Part shown: positions 30,777 through 40,075 of the stretch, piece after piece
Position numbering within the stretch: the first letter of the stretch is position 1
Layout: the number at the start of each line of letters is the position of its first letter
Source of the DNA: Flavobacteriales bacterium
GTDB taxonomy: Bacteria > Bacteroidota > Bacteroidia > Flavobacteriales_F > PHOS-HE28
Assembly (NCBI GenBank): GCA_016710015.1
Contig: JADJLR010000008.1
Location: 87,912-151,911, forward strand
Reading direction: 5' to 3'
DNA length: 64,000 nt
Position numbers and translations under genes: made by a program
Notes under the pieces: generated by a model
What the model saw: the letters and a program-made list of their open reading frames with translations, nothing else
What the model was told of the DNA's origin: nothing
The model's database searches: none

Positions 30777-31811
30777 ATGAGAACATTCCTATTCCCAACG
30801 CTTCTGCTTTGTTCCTTCACTCATTTACATGGTCAAGTCTTGGTGGACAGTATCCCGTACCCCGGCATTTCCCAAGGCTTCTGGGGTATTGAAGTAAATG
30901 CGGATACCATCTTCCTAGGTGCCGACTTCTCAGGTGACATCTATTTCAGTGATCATGCCGGCACCATCATCGGGCAGCGATCCACCGGTTTCACATTCAA
31001 CCACGGGTTGATCCGCAAGCCGTCATCGGTCCTCATTGCTCAGGACTACACCACGAACGGTGCACACTTGTACGAAGTGGCCTTGGACGGCACCTTGCTC
31101 AACACCTGGTCCTTCCCGGATGTGATCGGTGGGCATTCATCCGGTATCGGAGGGATCTATGCCGATGGTGATGCGATCTGGTACACCATGTACTACCCGG
31201 ACTTCGATACGTACCCATTCGCATACGCCTACAAATGGATCCCGGGCGAGCCTACCCCGATCGATACCGTGCCCATGCTTGGCGGTCAACCCATGGGCAT
31301 CGCGCTGAAAGGGGATACGCTGATCTATGCGATGGACAACAACGATGGCGACCCCGAACGCATCTATTTGTACGACCTGAACACCGATCAGGACATCGGC
31401 GCAGTGGATCTGCCGGACATGACAAGCGATGGTGATCAATCACCGAGAGGACTATTCTGGGATGGAGAATTCCTGTACCTGATCGCTACTCGGTCCGGCG
31501 GATCGGCCTTCGCGTTCCAGACCATCTTCAAGTATGCCTTCGATGTGGATATGGCCGTATTCACTGCACCAGCACAAGAACCATTTCTGATTTCACCCTC
31601 TCCGGCTGCGGACCACGTGGTGTTGAACGCATTCGGCAACATGGGTGCGTTCACCGTATTCGATCCAACCGGGCGCACAATTCACCAAGGCATGCTATCC
31701 GGGACTGCGGTGCGAATACCGGTGTCAGAATGGGCGGCTGGAACATACACGGTGCAGCTGAACAAGTCCGACGGAAACGTTCAGGTACGTCGGTTCCACG
31801 TTGCGCACTGA
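30777..31811 (+). CDS. T9SS C-terminal target domain-containing beta-propeller protein
   Basis: Start MRTFLFPTLLLCSFTHLHGQ (signal peptide). C-terminal ~80 aa (...FTVFDPTGRTIHQGMLSGTAVRIPVSEWAAGTYTVQLNKSDGNVQVRRFHVAH) matches the Por/T9SS sorting domain. Confidence 0.7.
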   Translation: MRTFLFPTLLLCSFTHLHGQVLVDSIPYPGISQGFWGIEVNADTIFLGADFSGDIYFSDHAGTIIGQRSTGFTFNHGLIRKPSSVLIAQDYTTNGAHLYEVALDGTLLNTWSFPDVIGGHSSGIGGIYADGDAIWYTMYYPDFDTYPFAYAYKWIPGEPTPIDTVPMLGGQPMGIALKGDTLIYAMDNNDGDPERIYLYDLNTDQDIGAVDLPDMTSDGDQSPRGLFWDGEFLYLIATRSGGSAFAFQTIFKYAFDVDMAVFTAPAQEPFLISPSPAADHVVLNAFGNMGAFTVFDPTGRTIHQGMLSGTAVRIPVSEWAAGTYTVQLNKSDGNVQVRRFHVAH

Positions 31812-31815
31812 AGGA

Positions 31816-32151
31816 TCAGACCAAGCGCGATCCGTTGGGCAATGGTCGCTCAACCGCAGTTAGAACAACATCGCCGTTCGCATCCGCGAAACCGGTGACC
31901 AAGCACTGACTCATGATGCTCCCGATCTGCTTCTCCGGGAAGTTGACCACCGCCACGACCTGCTTTCCGATCAGTTCCTCTTTGGTGTAGTGCCTAGTGA
32001 TCCGTGCGCTGCTCCGTTTGATGCCGTGCGGGCCGAGATCGATGGTGAGCACATAGGCCGGCTCCCGTGCGTTGGGCAAGTCTTCAGCAGATAGTACAGT
32101 GCCGACGCACAGGTGCACTCTTTCGAAATCGTTCCACGTGATCGGTTCCAT
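31816..32151 (-). CDS. tRNA-binding protein (CsaA / EMAP-like OB-fold)
   Basis: 111 aa. VGTVLSAE...PAYVLTIDLGP...QVVAVVNFPEKQIGSIMSQ: classic Myf/CsaA tRNA-binding domain. Confidence 0.7.
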   Translation of the reverse strand: MEPITWNDFERVHLCVGTVLSAEDLPNAREPAYVLTIDLGPHGIKRSSARITRHYTKEELIGKQVVAVVNFPEKQIGSIMSQCLVTGFADANGDVVLTAVERPLPNGSRLV

Positions 32152-32169
32152 CGATCGCTTTTTGATGGT

Positions 32170-32727
32170 TCACACTTTTCCCAAGCGCTGCTCGTATGCG
32201 GCGTTGAGTATGCCGTGCTTGTCCCAGAAGGCCGGTGCCATGCGACCGTTCAAGTGATCCACAAGGATATCCAAGTGCGTGTGCCAGCCGCCGGAAACAC
32301 TCAGCAGGTCCTTCTCATTCGGTAAGCGATGGTGTGTAAGCACAAGGAGCACATCACTGCCTTTCTCGCTGAGTTCAAAGACCACTTCGGACAAGGCATC
32401 CTCTCGCGCACCCCACGAATAGCCAAGCACATGTGGTGGTTCGCACCGCGTGATCTTCGCCGCCATCCGGTGGCCCTTCGCATACTTCTCCGGTGTCTCG
32501 CTGGGCGCTGCATCCAAGGTGCTGTGTAGCCAGAACAGATTCACATCGCCACCGACGCGCAGATCCATGTCGCCACTGGCGAGCCACTTGGCGCGTTTGT
32601 CCGATTCCGTGAGGTAGGCCCACACACGTTCGATGGGTCCAGGCAATAAGCGTTCGAATCGGATGGTGTTGGGCGCGACGAACTTTCCGTAAGTGTCCAT
32701 GTCTGTTGTTGTTTGTTGGTCGATCAT
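32170..32727 (-). CDS. SRPBCC family protein (AHSA1/Aha1-like)
   Basis: Start MIDQQTTT at 32727 (4-bp overlap with arsR-family gene stop). IRFERLLPGPIERVWAYLTESDKRAKW pattern of activator-of-Hsp90-ATPase-like SRPBCC proteins, commonly paired with ArsR regulators. Confidence 0.65.
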   Translation of the reverse strand: MIDQQTTTDMDTYGKFVAPNTIRFERLLPGPIERVWAYLTESDKRAKWLASGDMDLRVGGDVNLFWLHSTLDAAPSETPEKYAKGHRMAAKITRCEPPHVLGYSWGAREDALSEVVFELSEKGSDVLLVLTHHRLPNEKDLLSVSGGWHTHLDILVDHLNGRMAPAFWDKHGILNAAYEQRLGKV

Positions 32728-33068
32728 TTTCGGGCCGCGTCCTCTGCACGCAGCAGTTGTTCCAAGGTGTCCAATCGTGAAGCCCAGAAGTCGCGTGTCT
32801 CGTCGATCCACTTCGCTGCCGCGTCCAAGGGCTCCGCACGGTAACTGAGGAAGTGGTCGCGGCCCACTTTGCGGCGCTTCACCAGTTTGGCGCGCTCCAA
32901 CACCAGAATGTGTTTTGAGATCGCGTTCAAGGACATGCTGAACGGACGCGCGACCTCCGTAACACGTGCTTCACCGGAAGAAAGGCGTTTCAATATCGCA
33001 CGACGCGTGGGGTCGGCAAGTGCGGTGAGTGTGCGGTCAAGGGTCTGTGTTGCTGCCATCGGGTACAA
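32724..33068 (-). CDS. ArsR/SmtB family transcriptional regulator
   Basis: LADPTRRAILKRLSSGEARVTEVARPFSMSLNAISKHILVLERAKLV: winged HTH of the ArsR family. Confidence 0.8.
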   Translation of the reverse strand: MYPMAATQTLDRTLTALADPTRRAILKRLSSGEARVTEVARPFSMSLNAISKHILVLERAKLVKRRKVGRDHFLSYRAEPLDAAAKWIDETRDFWASRLDTLEQLLRAEDAARK

Positions 33069-33072
33069 ATAT

Positions 33073-33092
33073 ATTCAACCTTTTGGTTGAAT
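33073..33092. promoter_or_regulatory. perfect palindromic operator ATTCAACC-TTTT-GGTTGAAT immediately upstream of the ArsR-family gene
   Basis: 8-bp arms separated by 4 bp, 5 bp upstream of the regulator start codon. Typical of autoregulated ArsR/SmtB operators. Confidence 0.5.
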
Positions 33093-33496
33093 GTATTGGC
33101 GGACGAAAATTTCCCGTGCGCTAGAAAGAGGTACCAGGGATCTCGTTCGTGGAGTTGGGTGCGCAGTGCGGTGATCAGCCTAATGGCCTTGGACTTAGGG
33201 CAACGGATCACAGATCCGCGGCAGCGGGGGGAAACCTATCCGCCACACCAGCCGTCAAATGGTGGCCTTCTTCAATGACAGTTCCAACTCCATGAATCGA
33301 ATGAGATTCCTGCTTTGAACACGGTATACCAACCCGGCAGGCAGCCAAAAGCACAAGCCGATCGCGAGGCCTACAAGTGGGACGACCACTCAAGGAGCGT
33401 CATGCCAGTGAAGTCATCGCGCAAGCCCCAATAGAAGCCGACGACAGCCACCAATGGCAACAACGCAAGCAACCTCAATATAGGACTTCGTCGTGG

Positions 33497-33775
33497 TCAC
33501 ATGATCAATCTCACCCGTGATCCATGCGGGCTCCAAACCCCGTGGATGTATGTGAATGCTGCTCCACTCCAGAACCATGAATTCTCCCACAACTTGAAGG
33601 AATTTGCCCCAACGCTTCCATAAAATGGTCTGGTGCCATCATCGGCTGCGTTAGACATGAATGGCGAAAGCACGAAGCGACTCATTGGTCGGTCGTTCTC
33701 CAAGAGCGTCAATCCACGTAGGCGGGAAATGAACGCTTCTTGATCCAACTCGCTGTGGTAGATCTCGTGCTGCAC
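33497..33775 (-). CDS. hypothetical protein
   Basis: 92-aa ORF downstream of the ALDH-like gene; no recognisable motifs. Confidence 0.25.
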   Translation of the reverse strand: MQHEIYHSELDQEAFISRLRGLTLLENDRPMSRFVLSPFMSNAADDGTRPFYGSVGANSFKLWENSWFWSGAAFTYIHGVWSPHGSRVRLIM

Positions 33776-33801
33776 AGTTCAGAAGAATTAAAAGCACGCC
33801 A

Positions 33802-34767
33802 TCAATACCCTCCACCTCCACCCTGCCCCCGTTCGATCGGGTGCCACGTGGTCTTCACCTCTTGTGTATCGAGGATGAAGTATGGTGACTGGCCTTCTTC
33901 CTTGCTCCAGTCGGAAACCTTTGGCACCACCAGCCGTTTCATGTTGGCGGCCGCCTCAATACCAAGCATGGTCTTCTCTTCTTGGGTGGGGTCCGCGACA
34001 ACGATCGCGTTGATGTCCATGTGTGTCACCAAAGGCTTCAGTAGTTCCTTGCGGTAACCGGTGAGGAGGTTCACCACGCCACCGGGTAGATCACTCGTGG
34101 CCAAAACTTCCGTGAAGGTGACCGCTGGCAAAGGCTTGTTCTCACTTGCAACGACGATACAGGTATTGCCGCCTGTGATCACGGGGGCGATCATGCTTAC
34201 CAGACCGAGAAGTCCTGATGCGTCCGGTGCCATCACACTTACCACACCGGTGGGTTCCTGCACACTGAAGTTGAAGTGCGAACTGTTGGTCGGATTCACG
34301 CTGCTGAATACTGCTTGGTACTTGTCACACCAACCCGCGTAGTACAACCATCGATCGATCGTGTTAGCTACTTCCTGTTCGGCCTGCTTCTGCGATGCAC
34401 CGTGCAACTTCAATTCATGCACGAATTGCGCACTACGCCCTTCGAGCATCTCACCGATGCGGTAAAGGATCTGACCTCGGTTGAAGGCGCTGCGGTTGCT
34501 CCAATCGCCCATGGCCTTGCGCGCTGCGATCACCGAATTGCGCACATCCTTACGGCTGCTGCGGCACATATTGGCCAGCGGCTTGCCCTCAGCATCCTTG
34601 GGTTGGTAGTAGCGCCCACTCTCCGTGCGCGGGAACTTGCCGCCGATGAAGATCTTGTAGGTCTTCATCACGGGGAGTCGTTCTTTCTTCGAAGCGTGAC
34701 CGTTGCTACCATTCGCACTGTTCGTATTGACAGTTGCCTTCTTCTCGATGGTCTTTTCGTTGGCCAT
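33802..34767 (-). CDS. aldehyde dehydrogenase-like protein, short form (N-terminal/NAD-binding region only) with Gly-rich C-terminus
   Basis: KIFIGGKFP...SGRYYQ...SVMAPDASGLLGLVSMIAPVITGGNTCIVVASE resembles ALDH N-terminal and cofactor-binding regions. The ELGGK / catalytic Cys half is absent. Ends ..ERGQGGGGGY*. Possible later start MKTYKIF at 34668. Confidence 0.45.
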   Translation of the reverse strand: MANEKTIEKKATVNTNSANGSNGHASKKERLPVMKTYKIFIGGKFPRTESGRYYQPKDAEGKPLANMCRSSRKDVRNSVIAARKAMGDWSNRSAFNRGQILYRIGEMLEGRSAQFVHELKLHGASQKQAEQEVANTIDRWLYYAGWCDKYQAVFSSVNPTNSSHFNFSVQEPTGVVSVMAPDASGLLGLVSMIAPVITGGNTCIVVASENKPLPAVTFTEVLATSDLPGGVVNLLTGYRKELLKPLVTHMDINAIVVADPTQEEKTMLGIEAAANMKRLVVPKVSDWSKEEGQSPYFILDTQEVKTTWHPIERGQGGGGGY

Positions 34768-34878
34768 AATGGATGCAAGTTAGTACGGCTTCCGCGTTCC
34801 GGCATGTCGACCTTTGGGCGAAGCTGCAGCAGCGACCCCTCCTTGCTCGCTTAACTTGGCACCACAGATCAACACACC

Positions 34879-35235
34879 ATGACCCGACACGTCACCGGCA
34901 TTGGCGGATTCTTCTTCCGCTCGGACGACCACAAGGCGCTTGCCAAGTGGTACCATCAGCACTTCGGCATCAACGACCAGGACAACGGTTGGATCTGGCA
35001 GCAGGATGCCGGACCCACGGTTTTCTCGCCGTTCAAGCGCGACAGCGACTACTTCGATGCCAAGCAACCCTTCATGCTGAACCTGCGCGTGCAGGACATC
35101 GACGGCTTGCTGAAGAAACTCGAGGCCGACGGTGTGCGAGTCGACCCCAAGCGCATGGATGAGGACTACGGCCGCTTTGCGTGGGTGTATGATCCAGAAG
35201 GGAACAAGATCGAACTGTGGGAGCCGAAGGGCTGA
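34879..35235 (+). CDS. VOC family protein (glyoxalase/bleomycin-resistance/dioxygenase superfamily), copy 1
   Basis: 118 aa, HVTGIGGFFFRSDDHKALAKWY...GRFAWVYDPEGNKIELWEP. ~88% nucleotide identity to copy 2 at 37507..37863. Confidence 0.75.
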   Translation: MTRHVTGIGGFFFRSDDHKALAKWYHQHFGINDQDNGWIWQQDAGPTVFSPFKRDSDYFDAKQPFMLNLRVQDIDGLLKKLEADGVRVDPKRMDEDYGRFAWVYDPEGNKIELWEPKG

Positions 35236-35466
35236 CATACTTCCTTCCGGGCCCAAGGTCCACTTCATCTTATTGAACATGAACCGCGCGATCTTCCGAT
35301 CGCCGTTGGTCCGTTGCAGCACAAAAAGCTCCCGGTTCTCTTCGGGAACAATCTCTCACGTGGCGTGGATCAATGGGGTACCGCGTAACGTGGTGCGGGA
35401 GCATCCTTTTGCACCCGACCATGGCCAGCGATCGGTCGTGATCTTCGGTGCATCAGGCTCCGAAGC

Positions 35467-37146
35467 CTAGTTCACCAACAACACTTCCGAACTCCAACTG
35501 CCTCCACGTTCGAAGCGCAGTAAGTACAAGCCAGGACCGAATCCGGAAAGGTCAATGTGTTCCCGGTCCGTATTGAGCCTTGAGCTTTTTACCAGCCTGC
35601 CGGTAGGGTCGAACAAATACACATGAGCTCTGTCCATACCCATGACAACGACCGATCCGTGAGCTGGATTCGGATGAATACCAACCGCGGGGCGTTCAAT
35701 GTGCTCTTGCGAAAGGATCGAGCACTCAATGAACGGATCGGCCTCCAACTGGACACCTGTGCTTAGGTCATGCCCATTGAACCCAGGAAAATCTACAGGA
35801 TACTTCTCCGCACGGAATACGAGATTCCCTTGGTAAGCACCGCCACCGTTCGATGGAATGGGTTCGGTCGAACTGAGCATACCAACATGCGTTTCCGGGT
35901 TGACATATTCCCAGACTTTCTCCCCTTCATGGGTCACCTCGAACAGACGCCCCTTCTCGCCCTCGCAGATCAGGGTATTGCCTGACGCGGACCGCCTTGC
36001 ACCGGAAATGAAAAAGGAATAGAAGGTGACAGGATCCTCAGCACGATAGTTCCAAGCCTTTGTACTTGGCCCGAAGACCTCCCCTGTTGATGGTGTTCCA
36101 TACGCGCCTGGGGTGCTCTGCGGCGGTTCGATGACATCGATCTCCGAAAATCCGATAGGCCTATCCAGTCCGTTATTGAAGATCATGATACCCCCACCAT
36201 CCGGAAAGCCCGAAGGGATCCAGTGCGCATCATGCTGGCGCCATAGCATCTGATCGACCGTTGTGCCACGATCATACACCTGCGGGTTTCCATATCGGTA
36301 AAGAAGATCACCGCCCTTACCATAGGTGCCACCGCTATGTCCAGCGGCTTCTTCCGTCGTCGTGCTATGGTCCAAGATCCATATTTCGCTCATTATCTGC
36401 GAGCTCAGTACGATCTGATCCAATTCCGCATTGTAGTCGATGGCGTTCAAGTGGATCCAGTCCGCTTGCCCGGGAATAGCAACGGCCGGATTCAGCCAAT
36501 TGATATTCAACAGTTCGGGATGATCCGCGACAACGCCGTAGTTGTCCTTGGTACTGTCCACTTCCTGAACAAGGTGATCCCATAGGTCCCACTGCCAGAT
36601 GATATTTCCTGTTGTAGGACCTGTCGGTTCTATTTCAATTATCCGTTCATCAAATAGCCTGCCTTGGGGTAGATCCGCCGGTATCCTACCAGCTGCAATG
36701 CATGCCGATTGGTCCTTCAAGACCCACGCGATCGCCAGGATATTCCCATTCGGCATTGGTGCGATATCGTGATGCAATCGCTTTTCAGCATCATAGTAGA
36801 CAAAGTCCCACGTCACATTCCCATTCCAATCCACCTTCTGTATGCGTTCCCCTCCACCACCTGCAATGATCAAGGAGCCGTTCGCTGTATCCGCTTTCGC
36901 ACATCTCAGCAAGGTCCCATCCTCCAACAGATACATGGAATTTCCCAAGGACAATCCATCGCCAACCCATGTATGGACCACCTCTCCACAGGTATTCATC
37001 AAATACTGATCGTGACCGAACATGGCTCCCCACAGTATGTATCCATCATCCGTACCCGGATCGGATAGGAACAAACCCGTCGTTTGTTGCGCTTGGCCAA
37101 GTACAGGAAGCAGGACCACGGATAGAACAGAGAGAAATCTTGACAT
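35467..37146 (-). CDS. T9SS cargo protein, arylsulfotransferase (ASST)-like beta-propeller with C-terminal sorting domain
   Basis: Signal peptide MSRFLSVLSVVLLPVLGQAQ; ADWIHLNAIDYN / ILDHS motifs resembling aryl-sulfate sulfotransferase; C-terminus ...GLYLLRFERGGSWSSEVLLVN is a T9SS CTD. Confidence 0.65.
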   Translation of the reverse strand: MSRFLSVLSVVLLPVLGQAQQTTGLFLSDPGTDDGYILWGAMFGHDQYLMNTCGEVVHTWVGDGLSLGNSMYLLEDGTLLRCAKADTANGSLIIAGGGGERIQKVDWNGNVTWDFVYYDAEKRLHHDIAPMPNGNILAIAWVLKDQSACIAAGRIPADLPQGRLFDERIIEIEPTGPTTGNIIWQWDLWDHLVQEVDSTKDNYGVVADHPELLNINWLNPAVAIPGQADWIHLNAIDYNAELDQIVLSSQIMSEIWILDHSTTTEEAAGHSGGTYGKGGDLLYRYGNPQVYDRGTTVDQMLWRQHDAHWIPSGFPDGGGIMIFNNGLDRPIGFSEIDVIEPPQSTPGAYGTPSTGEVFGPSTKAWNYRAEDPVTFYSFFISGARRSASGNTLICEGEKGRLFEVTHEGEKVWEYVNPETHVGMLSSTEPIPSNGGGAYQGNLVFRAEKYPVDFPGFNGHDLSTGVQLEADPFIECSILSQEHIERPAVGIHPNPAHGSVVVMGMDRAHVYLFDPTGRLVKSSRLNTDREHIDLSGFGPGLYLLRFERGGSWSSEVLLVN

Positions 37147-37473
37147 GGATCGTCATGTTGATCGACAATGTTAATGCACAGGCGAAATATGGTGGACTTG
37201 TACTGCCTGACGACCACAATTTCGACTGAAATCGGGAATTTCTGATGCAGATGATGATCAGTATGTCCAATACATTCTTTCGCTTACGCTCATAGGTCGG
37301 GGTCGTATCCCTTTGTACTTTAAGTATTCCATCTTCAGGACCGGGATCCACCCTGATCTTGACCACGAACGAAGTCGGTCGGCAGGGAACGCGTTCTTCA
37401 TCAAGTGGAGGAATAGGATCACTCATGAACTCCAATACGTTCCAACACCTCGATCCGCACGAGTTCGTACAGC

Positions 37474-37863
37474 GTGCTCATGTACCTTGGCACCAACGAT
37501 CACCATCCAATTACCCGACACATCACCGGCATCGACGGATCCTGCTTCCGCGCGGACGACCACAAGGCACTGGCCGCGTGGTACAACAATCACTTCGGCA
37601 TCAACGATGAAGCGAACGGCTGGGTCTGGAATCAGGATGCCGGCCCCACTGTGTTCTCGCCCTTCAAGCGCGACAGCGACTACTTCGACGCCAAGCAAGC
37701 CTTCATGCTCAACCTGCGCGTGCAGGACATGGATGGCCTGCTGAAGAAGCTCGAGGCCGACGGTGTGCGCATAGACCCCAAGCGCATGGACGAATACTAC
37801 GGCCGCTTTGCGTGGGTGTACGATCCAGAAAGGAACAAGATCGAGTTGTGGGAGCCGAAGTAG
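37474..37863 (+). CDS. VOC family protein, copy 2 (paralogue of 34879..35235)
   Basis: The ancestral ATG is mutated to ATT (ccaATTacccgacac vs accATGacccgacac in copy 1), so the ORF starts 11 codons upstream (MLMYLGTNDHHP...). Confidence 0.7.
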   Translation: MLMYLGTNDHHPITRHITGIDGSCFRADDHKALAAWYNNHFGINDEANGWVWNQDAGPTVFSPFKRDSDYFDAKQAFMLNLRVQDMDGLLKKLEADGVRIDPKRMDEYYGRFAWVYDPERNKIELWEPK

Positions 37864-37875
37864 GGTTGAGCAGTC

Positions 37876-38274
37876 ATGACCTCAGAGCCATACCATCTCG
37901 TAAAAACCATGCAGCTCCTTACAGATGGCAGTTGGACAGAGCCTGTTCTACACACGGACCCGACCCTACTTATCGGAAAGCAGTTAGTGATCGCGATACG
38001 CTATCCTAAGGACAACACGGAGGCGCTCGTTCACTTTTACGGTCCCATCACGCGCATCAACGAGGAAGACGGCATTGTGATCTGTCGTATTGATACTGGT
38101 GGCGAGTTCGCTATTCCGCCCCGAGCTTTTTTAGTGGAAGAGCACCAAAGAACCACACGCCCGACTTCATTAAACAAGACTATTCGCCCGGACTACTCCA
38201 CACTTGTCAATCTTACCAGCGCGCCACGAGAATATGGCTGGAACCCAAGGATTGACCGACACAACAGGGAGTGA
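37876..38274 (+). CDS. hypothetical protein (lower-GC segment)
   Basis: 132-aa ORF in a ~50% GC stretch, about 10 points below its surroundings; no recognisable motifs. Confidence 0.35.
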   Translation: MTSEPYHLVKTMQLLTDGSWTEPVLHTDPTLLIGKQLVIAIRYPKDNTEALVHFYGPITRINEEDGIVICRIDTGGEFAIPPRAFLVEEHQRTTRPTSLNKTIRPDYSTLVNLTSAPREYGWNPRIDRHNRE

Positions 38275-38289
38275 AAATCTCGGAACATC

Positions 38290-38415
38290 ATGCGCCCCCT
38301 CCGCTTCTCCCTCAACGTCACTCTGGATGGCTGTTACGATCACACCGTCGGGATCGCCGACGAGGACCTGCACCGTAATGCAATGGAGTACATCGCCGGT
38401 TGCGATGCAGTATGA
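38290..38415 (+). pseudogene. remnant of a dihydrofolate reductase family (RibD C-terminal domain) gene: N-terminal 41 codons then stop
   Basis: MRPLRFSLNVTLDGCYDHTVGIADEDLHRNAMEYIAGCDAV* matches the conserved N-terminus of RibD_C/DHFR-family proteins (compare full-length paralogue 45387..46040). Below the 60-aa cut-off, so absent from the ORF track. Coordinates +/-2. Confidence 0.5.
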
Positions 38416-38463
38416 GTTGAAGCGGTAGCCAGCCCACACATAGGCCCAGTGTCGTAGCGGCCT

Positions 38464-38919
38464 TCAACTCCCGTATTTCACCAGCATCCCGATCTGCCCA
38501 GCATGGTAGGCCGTATGCGTGGTGATGCGCCCGAGCGCTTCGGCCTTCGTCTTCTTTCCGAACTCCTTCGTTTCGATCACGGTATCCCAGTCGGCATCGC
38601 TCTGCGCTTCGATGGCGCGTTGCAGCGTGTCGGCGCTCTCCTGCACGTAGGCCGTGAGTGCCGCCATGTCGGTCCACTCGCCGGTGTCGTAGCCTTTGGC
38701 CACCGTGCTGGCATGCACCTGCACGCCTTCCAGCCCGAACACATTCTTGGCGAACAGTAATTCCACGTCGCCGATGTGGCGCACGAGGAAGCCGATGCTG
38801 TTGGGTCCGGGTGCGAGCTTCTTCGGCAGATCCGCTTCGGTGAGCTTGCTCAACAGGTTGGTGAAGCGGGTGCGGCCTTCTTTCCAGAGGGCGAGGAGGG
38901 CGGAGGTGCGTGGGTCCAT
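38464..38919 (-). CDS. DinB/YfiT-like (DinB_2) family protein
   Basis: 151 aa. HIGDVELLF ... HTAYHAGQIGMLVKY: four-helix metal-binding fold with conserved His triad. Confidence 0.7.
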   Translation of the reverse strand: MDPRTSALLALWKEGRTRFTNLLSKLTEADLPKKLAPGPNSIGFLVRHIGDVELLFAKNVFGLEGVQVHASTVAKGYDTGEWTDMAALTAYVQESADTLQRAIEAQSDADWDTVIETKEFGKKTKAEALGRITTHTAYHAGQIGMLVKYGS

Positions 38920-38929
38920 GGTAAGTGAT

Positions 38930-39637
38930 CTACCAAAGTTTCATGAAGATGCCGATGTAATACAGACCGGTGAGCACGAACACCACACCCGCCACCGTGC
39001 GCATCACTTTCTCGATGCGCTGTACGGCGTTGAACACGCGACCCAACTGGTTCGCACTGTATGCCATTACGCCGGCGAAGAGCAGCACGGGCAGCCCTGT
39101 GCCCAGCGCGAAGATGATCGGCAGGTGAAGTCCGCCGCTGGGTGCCAACATCATCGGGATGAGCGAACCGAAGTAGAGCGCACCGCTGTACGGGCAGAAG
39201 GCCAATGCGAACAAGAGGCCGAGCATGAAAGCACCGAGGTAGCCCTTGTCCTTGAAGCGATCGGAGAGCTTTTCAAGAAACCCACCGCCGGTGCCCGATC
39301 CGATCTTGATCACGTTGAGCAGGACCAGGCCGATGAGGATGAGGATGGGGCCGAGGTAGAGTTCGCCCTTGCTCTGGAAGAAGCGTGCGACATGGAACTT
39401 GCTCGCACCCCAATACAGCACCATACCGATGACCGTATAACTGAAGGCGCGGCCAAGGGTGTAGAGCAACCCGCTCAGCAGCACCGCTCGCGGATGCTTC
39501 AGCTCGCGGGCAATGTAGGCCGTTGCGGTGATGTTGGTGGCCAAGGGACAAGGGCTCACGGCTGTGAGCAGGCCCAGCCCGAAGGCTGCGAGCGCGGGTG
39601 CTTCTCGCGCCATGGCGATGTCGCGCAACCAGTCCAT
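38930..39637 (-). CDS. cytochrome c biogenesis CcdA/DsbD-like transmembrane thiol-disulfide transporter
   Basis: Start MDWLRDIAMAREAP at 39637 by index. 6 TM helices. LTAVSPCPLATN and FCPYSGALYF Cys motifs. The long upstream ORF extension is an Arg/His-rich wrong-frame artefact. Confidence 0.6.
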   Translation of the reverse strand: MDWLRDIAMAREAPALAAFGLGLLTAVSPCPLATNITATAYIARELKHPRAVLLSGLLYTLGRAFSYTVIGMVLYWGASKFHVARFFQSKGELYLGPILILIGLVLLNVIKIGSGTGGGFLEKLSDRFKDKGYLGAFMLGLLFALAFCPYSGALYFGSLIPMMLAPSGGLHLPIIFALGTGLPVLLFAGVMAYSANQLGRVFNAVQRIEKVMRTVAGVVFVLTGLYYIGIFMKLW

Positions 39638-40068
39638 CAGAGCGCTGCGCGTAGCTTTTTCGTCAACTCGGCCTTGAACTTCGCGGCATCGTTCGCCGAC
39701 ATGAAGGCCCATTCCGTCAGGTCGATCTTCTCGGCCTTGCCGTTCTTGTACACATGCAGGAATAGCGCGGATCCGTATGCCCCGAACTCTTCGGCCAGCT
39801 TGGCATTGGCCTCGTCGTCCACGTTCACGGTGCGGAAGGTGATGGTGCCGGCCTTCTTCTCTGATGCGAACGTGCTGTTGAGCACCTCTTCGGTGAGCGA
39901 CTGTATCGTTAGGCAGGTCTTGCAACGGTGCTCGTTGTGGAAGTCGATCACATCGATGCGGGCCGAGCTGGCCGTGGTCGAAGCTTTGACCGGCTGTTGT
40001 GCATTGCTCGTGCAGGCCGAAACGAACAGCGCCAACGAGAGGAAGGAAAGATGGATGAGGTGTTTCAT
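39637..40068 (-). CDS. thioredoxin-fold lipoprotein
   Basis: 143 aa. Signal peptide with LFVSAC lipobox. HNEHRCKTC (CxxC) thioredoxin-like motif. Confidence 0.55.
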   Translation of the reverse strand: MKHLIHLSFLSLALFVSACTSNAQQPVKASTTASSARIDVIDFHNEHRCKTCLTIQSLTEEVLNSTFASEKKAGTITFRTVNVDDEANAKLAEEFGAYGSALFLHVYKNGKAEKIDLTEWAFMSANDAAKFKAELTKKLRAAL

Positions 40069-40075
40069 GGCGTTT

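Noticed and set aside
35132-35470. 112-aa ORF in the gap between VOC copy 1 and the T9SS cargo gene
   Set aside because: No motifs, and it overlaps the convergent region. The ...VVIFGASGSEA ending is suggestive but isolated. Treated as non-coding spacer or possible relic.
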